Shown here: piece after piece, positions 1 through 9,558 of the stretch
Numbering within the stretch: position 1 is the stretch's first letter
Layout of the letters: each line of letters starts with the position of its first letter
DNA from: an uncultured bacterium
GTDB taxonomy: Bacteria; Gemmatimonadota; Gemmatimonadetes; Gemmatimonadales; Gemmatimonadaceae
DNA length: 30,071 nucleotides
Direction: 5' to 3'
NCBI GenBank assembly: GCA_963978095.1
Contig: CAXBQP010000036.1
Coordinates: 1-30,071 of the forward strand
Notes under the pieces: model-generated
What the model was told of the DNA's origin: nothing
Database searches by the model: none
The model's input: only the letters and a program-made list of their open reading frames with translations
Position numbers and translations under genes: made by a program

Positions 1-120
1 GGTCCAGACATGGCGAACGCGGCCCTCGCCGGCCAGTCGATCGCCGTCACCGGCGCGGCCTACGACTACGCGCAGCTGGCGGTGACCAACCGCGTGCTGG
101 GCTTCGGCAACGCGCACGAC
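1..120 (+). other. Fragment resembling a beta-strand-repeat surface protein; part of the chimeric left end
   Basis: Frame 1 reads ..[35 protein letters not shown], typical of repetitive Ala/Gly/Thr-rich extracellular proteins. Protein-like character is lost at about base 120. Confidence 0.35.
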
Positions 121-124
121 GGGG

Positions 125-412
125 TGTTGTTCACCGACCTGTGGCTGGCGGGCGGCGGTCGCGTCGCGCGGCGTGCCGACGCGCTCCATGTTGCGGACGC
201 CGGCCGCCGGCGATCGCGAGGCGTCGTCGGCGAGGTGGAAGTCCTTGCGCAGCGGATGGCTCCGGTAGTCGTCGGGCATGTAGATGCGCCGCAGGTCGCG
301 GTTCCCCTCGAAGACGATGCCGAACATGTCGTACGCCTCGCGTTCCATCCACTCTGCGCCGGGCCAGATCGACGTCGCCGAGCCGATGCGCGGCACGGCC
401 GCGTCCGGCAGG
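125..412 (-). other. nuoC: NADH-quinone oxidoreductase subunit C, C-terminal fragment only (boundaries approximate)
   Basis: Manual minus-strand translation (not in the ORF track): [52 protein letters not shown]. These are the NuoC signatures [10 protein letters not shown] (316-345) and HPLRKDF (238-258). No NuoC N-terminal half is present. Confidence 0.85.
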
Positions 413-605
413 CTCTTCGGCCAGATCGACGGGTCGATCGAGCCGCCGGGGGCTGCCGCGGTCGTCAGGAAGACGCGCTGGCTGCGCTCCCAGAACGTGA
501 CGGCCTTGCCTGCCGCCGATGCCGGCAGCACGAGCGAGAACGCGCCGTCCTTCGTCGCCCAGGTCGCCTTGACGGGCTTGATCACCTGGCCGCCGACGTC
601 GACGC
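413..605 (-). other. Fragment of an unrecognised protein, joined in frame to the nuoC fragment
   Basis: Translation [68 protein letters not shown] has coding-like G/C third positions but does not resemble NuoC. Confidence 0.4.
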
Positions 606-678
606 CGACCCGCGCGCCGCCTACTTTCGGCAGGCCAAGAACGGGCTGTACGTGCGCATGGCGCTGCTGAAGCTGGCG
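586..678 (+). other. pyrB: Aspartate carbamoyltransferase C-terminal fragment
   Basis: Frame 1 reads [30 protein letters not shown], the characteristic ATCase C-terminus (VD.DPRAAYF.Q..NG..VRMALL). The rest of the gene is absent. Confidence 0.8.
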
Positions 679-812
679 CTGCTGGCGGAGAGTGCGGGGC
701 GAGGCGCCCCGACCGGGGCCGCTGCGGCCCCCTGCGCCCCGACGGGCGCCGACGTCGCCGCCATGCAAGCAATCACTTGCACGCACCGCAGAAGACGGCG
801 CCGCATCGTCAT
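621..812 (-). CDS. 5' part of a probable exported protein downstream of thrS, apparently truncated at the chimeric junction near 660-685
   Basis: ATG at 812 overlaps the thrS stop (TGATG). The N-terminus [27 protein letters not shown] looks like a Sec signal peptide. The last residues run into antisense pyrB sequence. Confidence 0.55.
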   Translation of the reverse strand: MTMRRRLLRCVQVIACMAATSAPVGAQGAAAAPVGAPRPALSASSASFSSAMRTYSPFLACRK

Positions 813-2749
813 CAGTCGTTGATCCCGCTCGGCTCCAACGCCCGCGTCCGGATCTGGTCCTGCAACTGCGCGATGAAGGCGTCCACCGTCAGGATGTCCT
901 GCTTGTTCTTCCCCGCCCCACGCGCCCGCACGGCCACCGTACCACCTTCCGCCTCGCGACGGCCGAGCACGGCCATGTACGGCACCTTCATGACCTCGGC
1001 CTCACGGATCCGATAGTTCAACGTCTCGCCACGGTCGTCGAGCTTCGCGCGGATGCCGGCGGCACGCATCGTCTGGACCACCGCCGCCGCCTGAGGCGCC
1101 AGGTCGTCCGCGATCGGCAGCACGCGCACCTGCTCCGGCGCCAGCCAGATCGGGAAAGCGCCCGCGAAGTGCTCGATGAGGATCGCGATGAACCGTTCGA
1201 ACGAGCCCGACACGGCGCGGTGGATCACCACCGGACGGTGTGCGCTGTTGTCCTCCCCCGTGTAGGTGAGGTCGAAACGCTCCGGAGCCGCGTAGTCGAG
1301 CTGGATCGTGCCGAGCTGCCAATGACGACCGATCGAGTCGGTCACGTCGAAGTCGATCTTCGGGCCATAGAAGGCGCCGTCCCCGGGCTTCAGCGTGTAC
1401 GGCAGCCCCGTGGCGTCGAGCGCGGCCTTGAGCGCGGCCTCGGCGTTGTCCCACATCTCGTCGGTACCGACGCGTGTCTCGGGACGGGTCGCGAACTTGA
1501 GGTTCGCGGTCAGGCCGAACGTGTGGTAGTACGACAGGATGAAGTCGGTGAGCCGCTTCACTTCGTCGGCGATCTGCGACTCCATCAGGAAGATGTGGCA
1601 GTCGTCCTGCTGGAACTGCCGCACCCGCGTCAGGCCGGACAGCGCCCCGCTCACCTCGTTGCGATGCAACACATCGTACGTGTTGTAGCGCAACGGGAGC
1701 TGCTTGTACGAGTGCTTCTTGCTCCCGTACATCAAGTAGTGCGACGGGCAGTTCATGGGCTTGAGCGAGAAGTCATGCTCGCCGGACTCGTTGTCGAGTA
1801 CCAGGAACATGTTCTCCTTGTACTTCCCCCAGTGCCCGGAGGTCTCCCACAGCCCCTTGTTGTAGAGCAGCGGCGTGCGGATCTCGTGGTAGTCGTCCGC
1901 CTGCAGTTCACGCAGGAAATCGTTGAGCGTGTTCACGATCGTCGTGCCGCGGTCGGTCCAGAAGGCCGCTCCCGGCGCGTACGGATGGAACATGAACAAG
2001 TCGAGCGCCTTCCCCACCACGCGATGGTCGCGCTTGCGCGCCTGCTCGATCTGATGGAGATGCGCATCCAGCTCCTCCCGCTTGAAGAACGCGGTCGCAT
2101 AGATGCGCTGCAGCATCTGCCGCTTCTCGTCACCGCGCCAATACGCGCCGGCAGCACTGAGCAACTTGAAGTGCTTCAGCCGCGAGGTGTCCGGAACGTG
2201 CGGTCCCTTGCAGAGGTCGATGAACGGGCCGTCGGTGTAGGTCGAGATGATCTCGTCCGAGCCTTCGAAGTCCTGCAGACGCTCCAGCTTGAGCGGATCG
2301 TCCACGAAGCGCCGCTTGGCCTCCTCCTGCGACACCTCTTCGCGCACGAAGGGGTACGCCTCGGCGCACACCTTGTGCATCTCGGCCTCGAAGGCCTCGA
2401 GATCCTCGGGACTGAACGGCGTGTCGACTTCGAAATCGTAGTAGAAACCGTCCTCGATCGCCGGGCCGAATCCGATCTTGGCGTCCGGGCGCAACCGGCG
2501 AACGGCGGTCGCGAGGATATGTGCCCCGGAGTGCCGAAGGACACCCAGGGCTCGAGGATCCTTTTCGGTGATCACCACGAAGGCCCCGCCCTTGCGCAGC
2601 GGGGTCATCAAATCCTGGATTTCGCCATCGACCGCGACGGCCACCGCGGCCATCAGCAGGCGGGGGCCGATCGACCCCACCACCTCACGCGGCAGGGTGC
2701 CTTCGGGGACCTCTCGGGTCGCGCCGTCGGGAAGCACGAGTGTAATCAT
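812..2749 (-). CDS. thrS: Threonine--tRNA ligase
   Basis: N-terminal TGS domain (ITLVLPDG), editing motifs HSGAH and DLCKGPH, catalytic [24 protein letters not shown] and IHRA, and a C-terminal anticodon-binding domain. Confidence 0.98.
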   Translation of the reverse strand: MITLVLPDGATREVPEGTLPREVVGSIGPRLLMAAVAVAVDGEIQDLMTPLRKGGAFVVITEKDPRALGVLRHSGAHILATAVRRLRPDAKIGFGPAIEDGFYYDFEVDTPFSPEDLEAFEAEMHKVCAEAYPFVREEVSQEEAKRRFVDDPLKLERLQDFEGSDEIISTYTDGPFIDLCKGPHVPDTSRLKHFKLLSAAGAYWRGDEKRQMLQRIYATAFFKREELDAHLHQIEQARKRDHRVVGKALDLFMFHPYAPGAAFWTDRGTTIVNTLNDFLRELQADDYHEIRTPLLYNKGLWETSGHWGKYKENMFLVLDNESGEHDFSLKPMNCPSHYLMYGSKKHSYKQLPLRYNTYDVLHRNEVSGALSGLTRVRQFQQDDCHIFLMESQIADEVKRLTDFILSYYHTFGLTANLKFATRPETRVGTDEMWDNAEAALKAALDATGLPYTLKPGDGAFYGPKIDFDVTDSIGRHWQLGTIQLDYAAPERFDLTYTGEDNSAHRPVVIHRAVSGSFERFIAILIEHFAGAFPIWLAPEQVRVLPIADDLAPQAAAVVQTMRAAGIRAKLDDRGETLNYRIREAEVMKVPYMAVLGRREAEGGTVAVRARGAGKNKQDILTVDAFIAQLQDQIRTRALEPSGIND

Positions 2750-2851
2750 GTGGGGTGCAAATTACCCACGGGCGACGCGGGTCGCCACTATATGGGAGTT
2801 CATCCCCGCCGTAGCCCGTAGCCCGTTGTGGTGGCTAACTTTATCCCCGCA
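2750..2851. promoter_or_regulatory. Divergent thrS/valS promoter region
   Basis: 102-bp intergenic gap with TAATTT on the minus strand (2759-2764, 9 nt before the thrS ATG) and TAACTT on the plus strand (2836-2841, 10 nt before the valS ATG). Confidence 0.55.
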
Positions 2852-5611
2852 ATGACGACCCCCATCCATCCCGACGAGCTCCCGCCGCAGTACGACGCCG
2901 CGGCGACTGAAAGCGCCCTCTACGCCGAGTGGGACGCTGCCGGCGTGTTCCGCGCCGATGCCGCCCGCTCCGACCGCGTCGGCGGTGAGCGGGCGCCCTA
3001 TACGATCGTGATCCCCCCGCCCAACGTCACCGGTGTGCTGCACATGGGACATGGGCTCAACAACACCGCGCAGGACGTGTTGATCCGCTGGCGGCGGATG
3101 TCCGGCGACGAAGCGCTGTGGGTACCCGGGACCGACCACGCGGGCATCGCCACGCAGAACATCGTCGAGAAACAGATCGCCAAGGAGCACCTCACCCGCG
3201 ACGACATGGGGCGCGAGGCGTTCGTCGAGCGGGTGAAGGCGCACGTCGAGAAGACTGGCGGGGTGATCCTCGAGCAGCTGCGCGCGATCGGCGCGAGCGC
3301 CGACTGGACACGGACCGCATACACGCTGAGCCCGGAGTTGAGCGTGGCTGTGCGCGAGATCTTCGTGCGGCTGTACGACGACGGACTGATCTACCGTGGC
3401 CATCGCGTGATCCACTGGTGCCCGCGGTGTCTCACCTCGCTCTCGGACGAAGAAGCCGAGTTCAACGACGAGACCGGCGCCCTGTGGCACATCCGGTATC
3501 CGCTGTCGGACGATCCGACGCGGAGCATCGAGGTCGCGACCACGCGTCCCGAGACGATGCTCGGCGACATCGCCGTGGCCGTGCACCCCGACGACGAGCG
3601 CTACGCCGATCTCGTCGGAAAGACGGTGCGCCTTCCGATCAGCAACATCGACATTCCCGTCATCGCGGACACCTATGTGGACCGCGCGTTCGGCACGGGG
3701 GTGGTGAAGATCACCCCGGCGCACGATCCGAACGATTTCGAAGTCGGCAAGCGGCATGCACTGAAGATGCCGGTGATCATGACGCCCGAAGCCACCATGG
3801 CCGACGGGGTCGACGCGGCGGGGCGCGTGCCGACGGATCTCATCGGGCTCGACCGCTTCGACGCGCGCACGCGCATCGTGCAGCAGCTCGAGACCGAGGG
3901 GCTGCTCGCGAAGAAGCAGGTGCACCAGCACGCCGTGCGCCACTGTTACCGCTGCGACACGGTGGTGGAGCCCCGTCTCAGCGACCAGTGGTTCGTGAAG
4001 ATGGCCCCGCTCGCCGCCCCCGCCCTGCAGGCCGTGCGCGACGGTACGATCCGCATCCTCCCTGAGCGGTGGAACGCGGTGTACGTGAACTGGCTCGAGA
4101 ATATCCGCGACTGGAACATCTCGCGGCAGATCTGGTGGGGGCACCGCGTCCCGGTGTGGCGGTGCACCGCCTGCCACGTCGAAAAGGCGTACCGCGTTGA
4201 CCCGACCAGGTGCGAACAGTGTGGCCACGCGACGCTGGCGCAGGACACCGACGTCCTCGACACCTGGTTCTCGTCACAGCTCTGGCCCTTCTCCACGCTC
4301 GGCTGGCCGAACGCGAACGCCGAGGACCTCAAGGCCTTCTACCCGACCGACGCGCTGGTCACGGCCCCGGAGATCCTCTTCTTCTGGGTGGCCCGCATGA
4401 TCATGAGCGGCTACTACTGCATGGGGCGCTCGCCCTTCCACACGGTGTACCTCACGGGCACCGTGCGCGACATGGAGCATCGCAAGATGTCCAAGTCACT
4501 GGGGAACGGGATCGACCCGCTCGACGTCGTCGCGCAGTTCGGCGCCGACGCCATGCGGTTCACCCTCCTGCAGGGAATGGGACTCGGCGTCGACGTGATG
4601 CTCGACCCCACCGACCTCGAGAAGTCATTCGCCCCGGGGCGCAACTTCGCCACCAAGCTCTGGAACATCGGGCGGTTCCTGCTGCTGCAGGTCGGCACCG
4701 ATCCCGTCCGCGAGTTCGCGTCGCTCTCCGACGCCGAACTCACGAGTGTCGACCGCTGGATCCTCGACCGGCTCGACCGCGGCATCACCGATTGCGACGC
4801 CGCACTGGGACCCGCCCGCCCGACCGGCGCCACGTGGACCGAGCAGGAACGCACCGCCGGGATGCGGCTCGACGCCTACGCGGAAGCCGCCCGCCGCTTC
4901 GTATGGAACGATCTCGCCGACTGGTATGTGGAAGCGTGCAAGGCGCGCCTGCTCCAACCCGGCGCAGACCGCGAGGTCGCGCGTGCCGTGCTGGTGCATG
5001 TCTTCGATCAGGCACTGCGGTTGCTGCACCCGGCCATCCCGTTCATCACGGAATCGCTCTGGCGGCGCTTGCCGACCCACACCGCCGGTCGTTTCATCGC
5101 ACAGGCGCCGTGGCCGCGCCGCGATGCGTCGCACGCGGGTGGGGGCGCGGCGTTCGATCTCGTACGCGAGGTCATCACCGGGATCCGTCAGCTCCGCTCC
5201 GACTACGGGCTGGCACCGGGCAAGGAAGTCACGGCCTCTGTAGTGGGCCCGGAGGCGCTCGTGCAGCGGGTGCTCGCGGAGTCCACCCTGCTCGGCCGCA
5301 TGGCCAAATGCGTGGTGACGGCGGATCCGGCTCCTGAGGGCCCGGCCGCCCATCTGATGTTGGGCGGGACCGGACTCGAGATCGTGCTGCCGCTCGCCGG
5401 CATCGTGGATCTCGGCAAGGAGTGCGCGCGCATCAAAGCCGAGGTGGACGCGTTGGACAAGCAGTTGGCGGCGCTCCGCGGACGACTCGGCAACGAGAAG
5501 TTCACGGGCAAGGCGCCGCCTGAGCTCGTCGAAGCGGAACGGGCGAAGGAGCGTGAATGGACCGCGCGCAGCGAGCAACTGCACGCGAAGGTGCGCTCGC
5601 TGTGCGGGTGA
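2852..5611 (+). CDS. valS: Valine--tRNA ligase
   Basis: PPPNVTGVLHMGH (HIGH), GTDHAGIATQ, ATTRPETMLGD, DWNISRQIWWGH, KMSKS and a C-terminal coiled-coil arm. ATG 2852 preferred over the track start at 2828. Confidence 0.98.
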   Translation: MTTPIHPDELPPQYDAAATESALYAEWDAAGVFRADAARSDRVGGERAPYTIVIPPPNVTGVLHMGHGLNNTAQDVLIRWRRMSGDEALWVPGTDHAGIATQNIVEKQIAKEHLTRDDMGREAFVERVKAHVEKTGGVILEQLRAIGASADWTRTAYTLSPELSVAVREIFVRLYDDGLIYRGHRVIHWCPRCLTSLSDEEAEFNDETGALWHIRYPLSDDPTRSIEVATTRPETMLGDIAVAVHPDDERYADLVGKTVRLPISNIDIPVIADTYVDRAFGTGVVKITPAHDPNDFEVGKRHALKMPVIMTPEATMADGVDAAGRVPTDLIGLDRFDARTRIVQQLETEGLLAKKQVHQHAVRHCYRCDTVVEPRLSDQWFVKMAPLAAPALQAVRDGTIRILPERWNAVYVNWLENIRDWNISRQIWWGHRVPVWRCTACHVEKAYRVDPTRCEQCGHATLAQDTDVLDTWFSSQLWPFSTLGWPNANAEDLKAFYPTDALVTAPEILFFWVARMIMSGYYCMGRSPFHTVYLTGTVRDMEHRKMSKSLGNGIDPLDVVAQFGADAMRFTLLQGMGLGVDVMLDPTDLEKSFAPGRNFATKLWNIGRFLLLQVGTDPVREFASLSDAELTSVDRWILDRLDRGITDCDAALGPARPTGATWTEQERTAGMRLDAYAEAARRFVWNDLADWYVEACKARLLQPGADREVARAVLVHVFDQALRLLHPAIPFITESLWRRLPTHTAGRFIAQAPWPRRDASHAGGGAAFDLVREVITGIRQLRSDYGLAPGKEVTASVVGPEALVQRVLAESTLLGRMAKCVVTADPAPEGPAAHLMLGGTGLEIVLPLAGIVDLGKECARIKAEVDALDKQLAALRGRLGNEKFTGKAPPELVEAERAKEREWTARSEQLHAKVRSLCG

Positions 5612-6924
5612 CGCACCGCGCGTTCCCGGGGCTCGCACTCGCGAGCGTTGCGCTGTGGGGGTGGGGCGCCGGGTGCGCGTCGCCCGGCATGCCTCCCGGG
5701 GGCCCGACCGACAAGTTTGCCCCCGAACTGGTGAAGGTGTCGCCGGACAGCGACGCGCGGAACCTGGGGAAGCTGCGCGAGGTCGTGTTCACCTTCGACG
5801 AAGTCGTGAGCGAACGTCCCAAGGGAGCCGCGACCCTCGATGCGCTGATCACGATATCCCCGAGCGAAGGGCTGATCGATGTCGATTGGCGTCGCGAGGC
5901 GATCGCGGTGCGGCCGCGCAAGGGATGGCGGCCCAACACCGCGTATACCGTGACGATCGCCCCTGGGCTGTCGGATCTCGGCGCCAACGCCACCACGCAA
6001 CCCATCGAACTCCGCTTCTCCACCGGTGCGACGATCCCCACGCGTACCATCCGCGGGACCGCGTTCGACTGGGTGGGACAAAAGGTGGCCGCCGGCGGGC
6101 GCATTGAGGCCACCTCGGGCAACGACACCACCCTGCGGTGGGTGGCGCGCGTGGATTCCACCGGCGTCTTCACGCTGAGGAGTCTCCCCGACGGTCCATT
6201 GCATCTGCGGGCGTTCATCGACGCCAACAACAATCGCATCCTCGATCGCACGGAACGGTGGGACACCGCCACGGTGAGTGCGGCCGACACCGCACGGCGC
6301 GAGATCTACGTGTTCGAACACGATTCCCTCGGGCCGAGCCTGAGCGACATCACGCGCACGGACTCCAGTGCCCTCAAGATCAGGTTCACGCGGCCGCTCC
6401 TGCCGGGCGCCGTCCCGGACCCGAGCGCCTTTCGCGTGATGCGCGTGAGGGATTCCTCGCTGATTGCGGTGCGACGGATTGTCGGTGCGGGGGCGTACGA
6501 CACGCTGCTGCAGGCGCGCAAGAAAGCCACGGCCGACTCGACCGCCCGCGCCGACACCACCGCGGCTGGTCGACGCGCCCGGGCCCGCGCCGACTCCCTG
6601 AGCGCCGCGCAGCGGGAGGATTCCGTCAAGCGGGCGCAGTCGGCGGAGATCGCCAAGGCGCGCGACACGACGCGCACCGTCCTCACGGCCAAGCCCACGC
6701 GCCCTGCCCCGTGGTCCGAGATCGTCCTCGAGCTGGGCGAACCGGTGCTCGCCAACGTACCGCTGCAACTCTCGGTGAAGGATGCGGTGGGGCTGAGCGG
6801 TGCCAAGCGCTCGTCGTCGCGCCAGTTCACGTACCGGCCGCCGACCCCGCCCAAGGACTCCGCGAAAGCGACCCCCACCGCAAGACCTGGCGCCGCGGAC
6901 ACGCTCGCCGGGAAGCGTCCATGA
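5608..6924 (+). CDS. Ig-like (Big_5-type) domain lipoprotein
   Basis: GTG overlaps the valS stop (GTGA). Hydrophobic signal ends in GAG-C. The pattern CASPGMPPGGPTDKFAP..FTFDE..PNTAYTVTI..GLSDL..FSTG matches Big_5 lipoproteins. DANNNRILD is a possible Ca-binding loop. Confidence 0.8.
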   Translation: MTHRAFPGLALASVALWGWGAGCASPGMPPGGPTDKFAPELVKVSPDSDARNLGKLREVVFTFDEVVSERPKGAATLDALITISPSEGLIDVDWRREAIAVRPRKGWRPNTAYTVTIAPGLSDLGANATTQPIELRFSTGATIPTRTIRGTAFDWVGQKVAAGGRIEATSGNDTTLRWVARVDSTGVFTLRSLPDGPLHLRAFIDANNNRILDRTERWDTATVSAADTARREIYVFEHDSLGPSLSDITRTDSSALKIRFTRPLLPGAVPDPSAFRVMRVRDSSLIAVRRIVGAGAYDTLLQARKKATADSTARADTTAAGRRARARADSLSAAQREDSVKRAQSAEIAKARDTTRTVLTAKPTRPAPWSEIVLELGEPVLANVPLQLSVKDAVGLSGAKRSSSRQFTYRPPTPPKDSAKATPTARPGAADTLAGKRP

Positions 6925-8282
6925 CCGGCGACCGGCGCCGTGCCCTCCCTGCCGTCGGTTCGCTGCTCGAACTGGACGCCGTCCGCGCATTGCTCGATCA
7001 GGCGCCGCGGGATCTCGTCACGGATGTGGTGCGCAGCGTGATCGACGATGCACGACATCGACTCGTCGACATCCCGACCGACGTGGATTGGGTGGCCCTC
7101 ATCACGGAGCGGTTGGCGCAGCGCCGGACGCCATCGCTCCGGCCGGTGATCAATGCCACCGGCGTCGTGCTCCACACGAACCTTGGCCGCGCGCCGCTCG
7201 CGCGTCAGGCACTCGACGCGATGCGCGAGGTGGCGAGCGGCTTCTCGAATCTCGAGTACGAGATCGACGCCGGCGTCCGCGGCTCGCGGCATAGGCACTG
7301 CGCCGATCTCCTCTGCGAGTTGACCGGCGCCGATGACGCCATGGTGGTGAACAACTGCGCTGCCGCCCTCGTGCTCGCGCTCAACACCGTGGCCGATGGA
7401 CGTGACGCGGTGATCTCACGCGGCGAGCTGGTGGAGATCGGCGGCAGTTTCCGGGTGCCGGACATCATGCGCAAGAGCGGCGCCCGATTGGTCGAGGTGG
7501 GCACCACCAACCGGACCCACCTCGACGATTATCGCCGTGCGCTGTCGGCCGCGTCCGGCGCGATCGTCTCCGTCCACCGCAGCAACTTCGCGATCGAGGG
7601 GTTCGTGGCCTCCGTCAGCGCCGCCGCGCTCGCACCGCTCGCTGACGAAACCGGCGTGCCCCTGCTCCACGATTTCGGGAGCGGACTCATGCTCGACCTG
7701 TCGGCCTGGGGACTCAGCGGCGAACTCACCGCCCGCGACGCGATGCACAGCCGCCCCGCACTCCTGATGATGAGCGGCGACAAACTCCTCGGCGGACCGC
7801 AAGCGGGGATCATCCTGGGACGCGCATCCATGATCGACGCGTTGCGCCGCAACCCGTTGGCGCGCGCGCTGCGCGTCGACAAACTCACCCTCTCCGCGCT
7901 CGAAGCCACGCTCACGCTGTACCGCGAGCCCGAGCGCGCCGTCCGGGAGATCCCCGCCCTCGCCATGCTGACGGCGTCCGTCGACGCGCTTGCGGCACGC
8001 GCCGCCGGGCTGGCGAGCGATCTGCGCGCGCGCGGCATCGGCGCCGCGATCGTCGAGGTGGACGCGTCGGTGGGTGGTGGTGCCTTCCCCACGGCGCGCA
8101 TTCCTTCGATCGCGATTGCCATCGCAGGCGCATCAGCCAGCCGCGTGGAAGCGCGGTTGCGCGAAGCGCCGGTGCCCGTCGTCGGACGCGTCGCCAACGG
8201 GCGTGTGTTGCTCGACCTGCGCGGAGTCCTCCCCGAGACCGACCCCTTCCTGATTGCCGCGATCGAAGGCGCATTGGCATGA
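6921..8282 (+). CDS. selA: L-seryl-tRNA(Sec) selenium transferase
   Basis: VINATGVVLHTNLGRAPL, VVNNCAAA, SRGELVEIGGSFRVPD, EVGTTNRTH and the PLP-lysine motif SGDKLLGGPQAG. ATG 6921 overlaps the upstream stop. Confidence 0.97.
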   Translation: MTGDRRRALPAVGSLLELDAVRALLDQAPRDLVTDVVRSVIDDARHRLVDIPTDVDWVALITERLAQRRTPSLRPVINATGVVLHTNLGRAPLARQALDAMREVASGFSNLEYEIDAGVRGSRHRHCADLLCELTGADDAMVVNNCAAALVLALNTVADGRDAVISRGELVEIGGSFRVPDIMRKSGARLVEVGTTNRTHLDDYRRALSAASGAIVSVHRSNFAIEGFVASVSAAALAPLADETGVPLLHDFGSGLMLDLSAWGLSGELTARDAMHSRPALLMMSGDKLLGGPQAGIILGRASMIDALRRNPLARALRVDKLTLSALEATLTLYREPERAVREIPALAMLTASVDALAARAAGLASDLRARGIGAAIVEVDASVGGGAFPTARIPSIAIAIAGASASRVEARLREAPVPVVGRVANGRVLLDLRGVLPETDPFLIAAIEGALA

Positions 8283-8839
8283 CACTCCTGCAAGCGGGGC
8301 GCCCCGCGCTCTTCGTGGACCGTGACGGGACGCTGATGCACGACGTTTCCTACATCAAGGATCCCGAACAGGTCACACTGATCCCCGACGCCGCCGCGGC
8401 CGTGCGCCGCATGAACGCCGCGGAATGGCCGGTGATCGTCGTGACCAATCAGTCGGGAATCGCGCGCGGCATGCTCACCGAGCGCGATTACGCCGCTGTG
8501 AAGGGGCGTCTCGACGCGCAGTTGGCCGAGCACGGGGCACGGATCGACGCCCACTACTTCTGTCCGCACCATCCGGATTTCGGTGGCGCCTGCGACTGCC
8601 GCAAGCCAGGCACCGCGCTGTTCGACCGTGCGATCGCAGAGCACGGGATCGACGCATCGCGTTCGGTCTTCCTCGGTGATCGATGGCGCGATGTCGCCCC
8701 GGCGCTGCATTACGCCGCCCTCGGGATTCTGATCCCGGGTCCGCACACCCCGCCGGAGGATGTCGCGATGGCGCGGGCGAAGGCCGAGGTTGCCGAGTCG
8801 CTCGCGGATGCCGTGCATCGGATCCTCCCGGATTCATGA
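8279..8839 (+). CDS. gmhB: HAD-IIIA phosphatase, D-glycero-D-manno-heptose 1,7-bisphosphate phosphatase-like
   Basis: FVDRDGTL, VVTNQSGIARG, zinc motif CPHHP..CDCRKPG and GDRWRD. Exact substrate cannot be determined. Confidence 0.85.
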   Translation: MTLLQAGRPALFVDRDGTLMHDVSYIKDPEQVTLIPDAAAAVRRMNAAEWPVIVVTNQSGIARGMLTERDYAAVKGRLDAQLAEHGARIDAHYFCPHHPDFGGACDCRKPGTALFDRAIAEHGIDASRSVFLGDRWRDVAPALHYAALGILIPGPHTPPEDVAMARAKAEVAESLADAVHRILPDS

Positions 8840-9531
8840 TGCATCGATTGGCATGCTTCGCCTCCGGCGGCGGGTCCAACGTCCAGTCGATCCTCGACTA
8901 TCACGCCGCGCTCGGGGCCGCAGCACCCTTCGTCCCCGCGCTCGTGGCCAGCAATCGCGCCACGGCGGGAGTGCTGACGCGCGCCGCCGCCGCTGGGGTG
9001 CCCACGGCCTTGGTGGAACAGCCCGCGGACGGGCCAGCACTCCGCACCCTGCTCGAGGTGCATGGCATCACGCTCATCGCGCTCGCGGGATACCTCAAGT
9101 TCGTGCCGGCGGAGGTCACCAGGCACTGGCGCGGCACCGTGCTCAACGTGCATCCGTCGTTGCTGCCGCAGTTCGGCGGTCCCGGGATGTACGGGCATCG
9201 CGTGCATGAAGCGGTGCTGGCGGCCGGCGCGCGCGAGAGCGGCGCCACCGTGCATTTCGTGGACGATGTCTATGACGGGGGCGCCGTGATCGGCCGCGCG
9301 CGCGTTCCCGTGCACGCCGACGACACCGCCGACACGCTCGCGGCACGTGTGCTGGCGGCAGAACATGCGCTCTACCCGCGTGCGCTCCATGCGGTGGCCC
9401 TGGGACTCGTGACGCTCGGGACCGATGGGCGCGCGCACGGCGCCTCCGACGCCGCACGGTCCGCCGCCCTGTTGCCGTCTCCCGTCGCACTCGAGTTCAC
9501 CCCGGCGCCCGCGTCGACCTCCGACTCCTGA
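8836..9531 (+). CDS. purN: Phosphoribosylglycinamide formyltransferase
   Basis: FASGGGSN, LAGYLK, NVHPSLLP.FGG.GMYG..VH, SGATVHFV..YDGG and EH. Start is 8836 or 8839. Confidence 0.95.
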   Translation: MMHRLACFASGGGSNVQSILDYHAALGAAAPFVPALVASNRATAGVLTRAAAAGVPTALVEQPADGPALRTLLEVHGITLIALAGYLKFVPAEVTRHWRGTVLNVHPSLLPQFGGPGMYGHRVHEAVLAAGARESGATVHFVDDVYDGGAVIGRARVPVHADDTADTLAARVLAAEHALYPRALHAVALGLVTLGTDGRAHGASDAARSAALLPSPVALEFTPAPASTSDS

Positions 9532-9558
9532 TCGTCACCACATTTCACGCCTCCTGGT

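Noticed and set aside
10..822. 270-aa ORF as a real gene
   Set aside because: It strings together a surface-protein fragment, antisense nuoC and a pyrB C-terminus, so it is a by-product of the mosaic.
692..2821. Long antisense or alternate-frame ORFs (692-2821, 2762-4228, 5203-6990, 9633-11405, 20681-22324, 21964-23739, 23496-26177 and others)
   Set aside because: Shadow ORFs over well-supported genes. Stop codons are scarce at this GC content and the products are Arg/Ala/Pro-rich with no recognisable motifs.
6138..6920. N-terminal extension of SelA in the ORF track (similar extensions for purN, rsmI, the FAH gene and the Hpt gene)
   Set aside because: These overlap upstream genes or intergenic DNA. 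Family similarity begins at the downstream starts given in the features.
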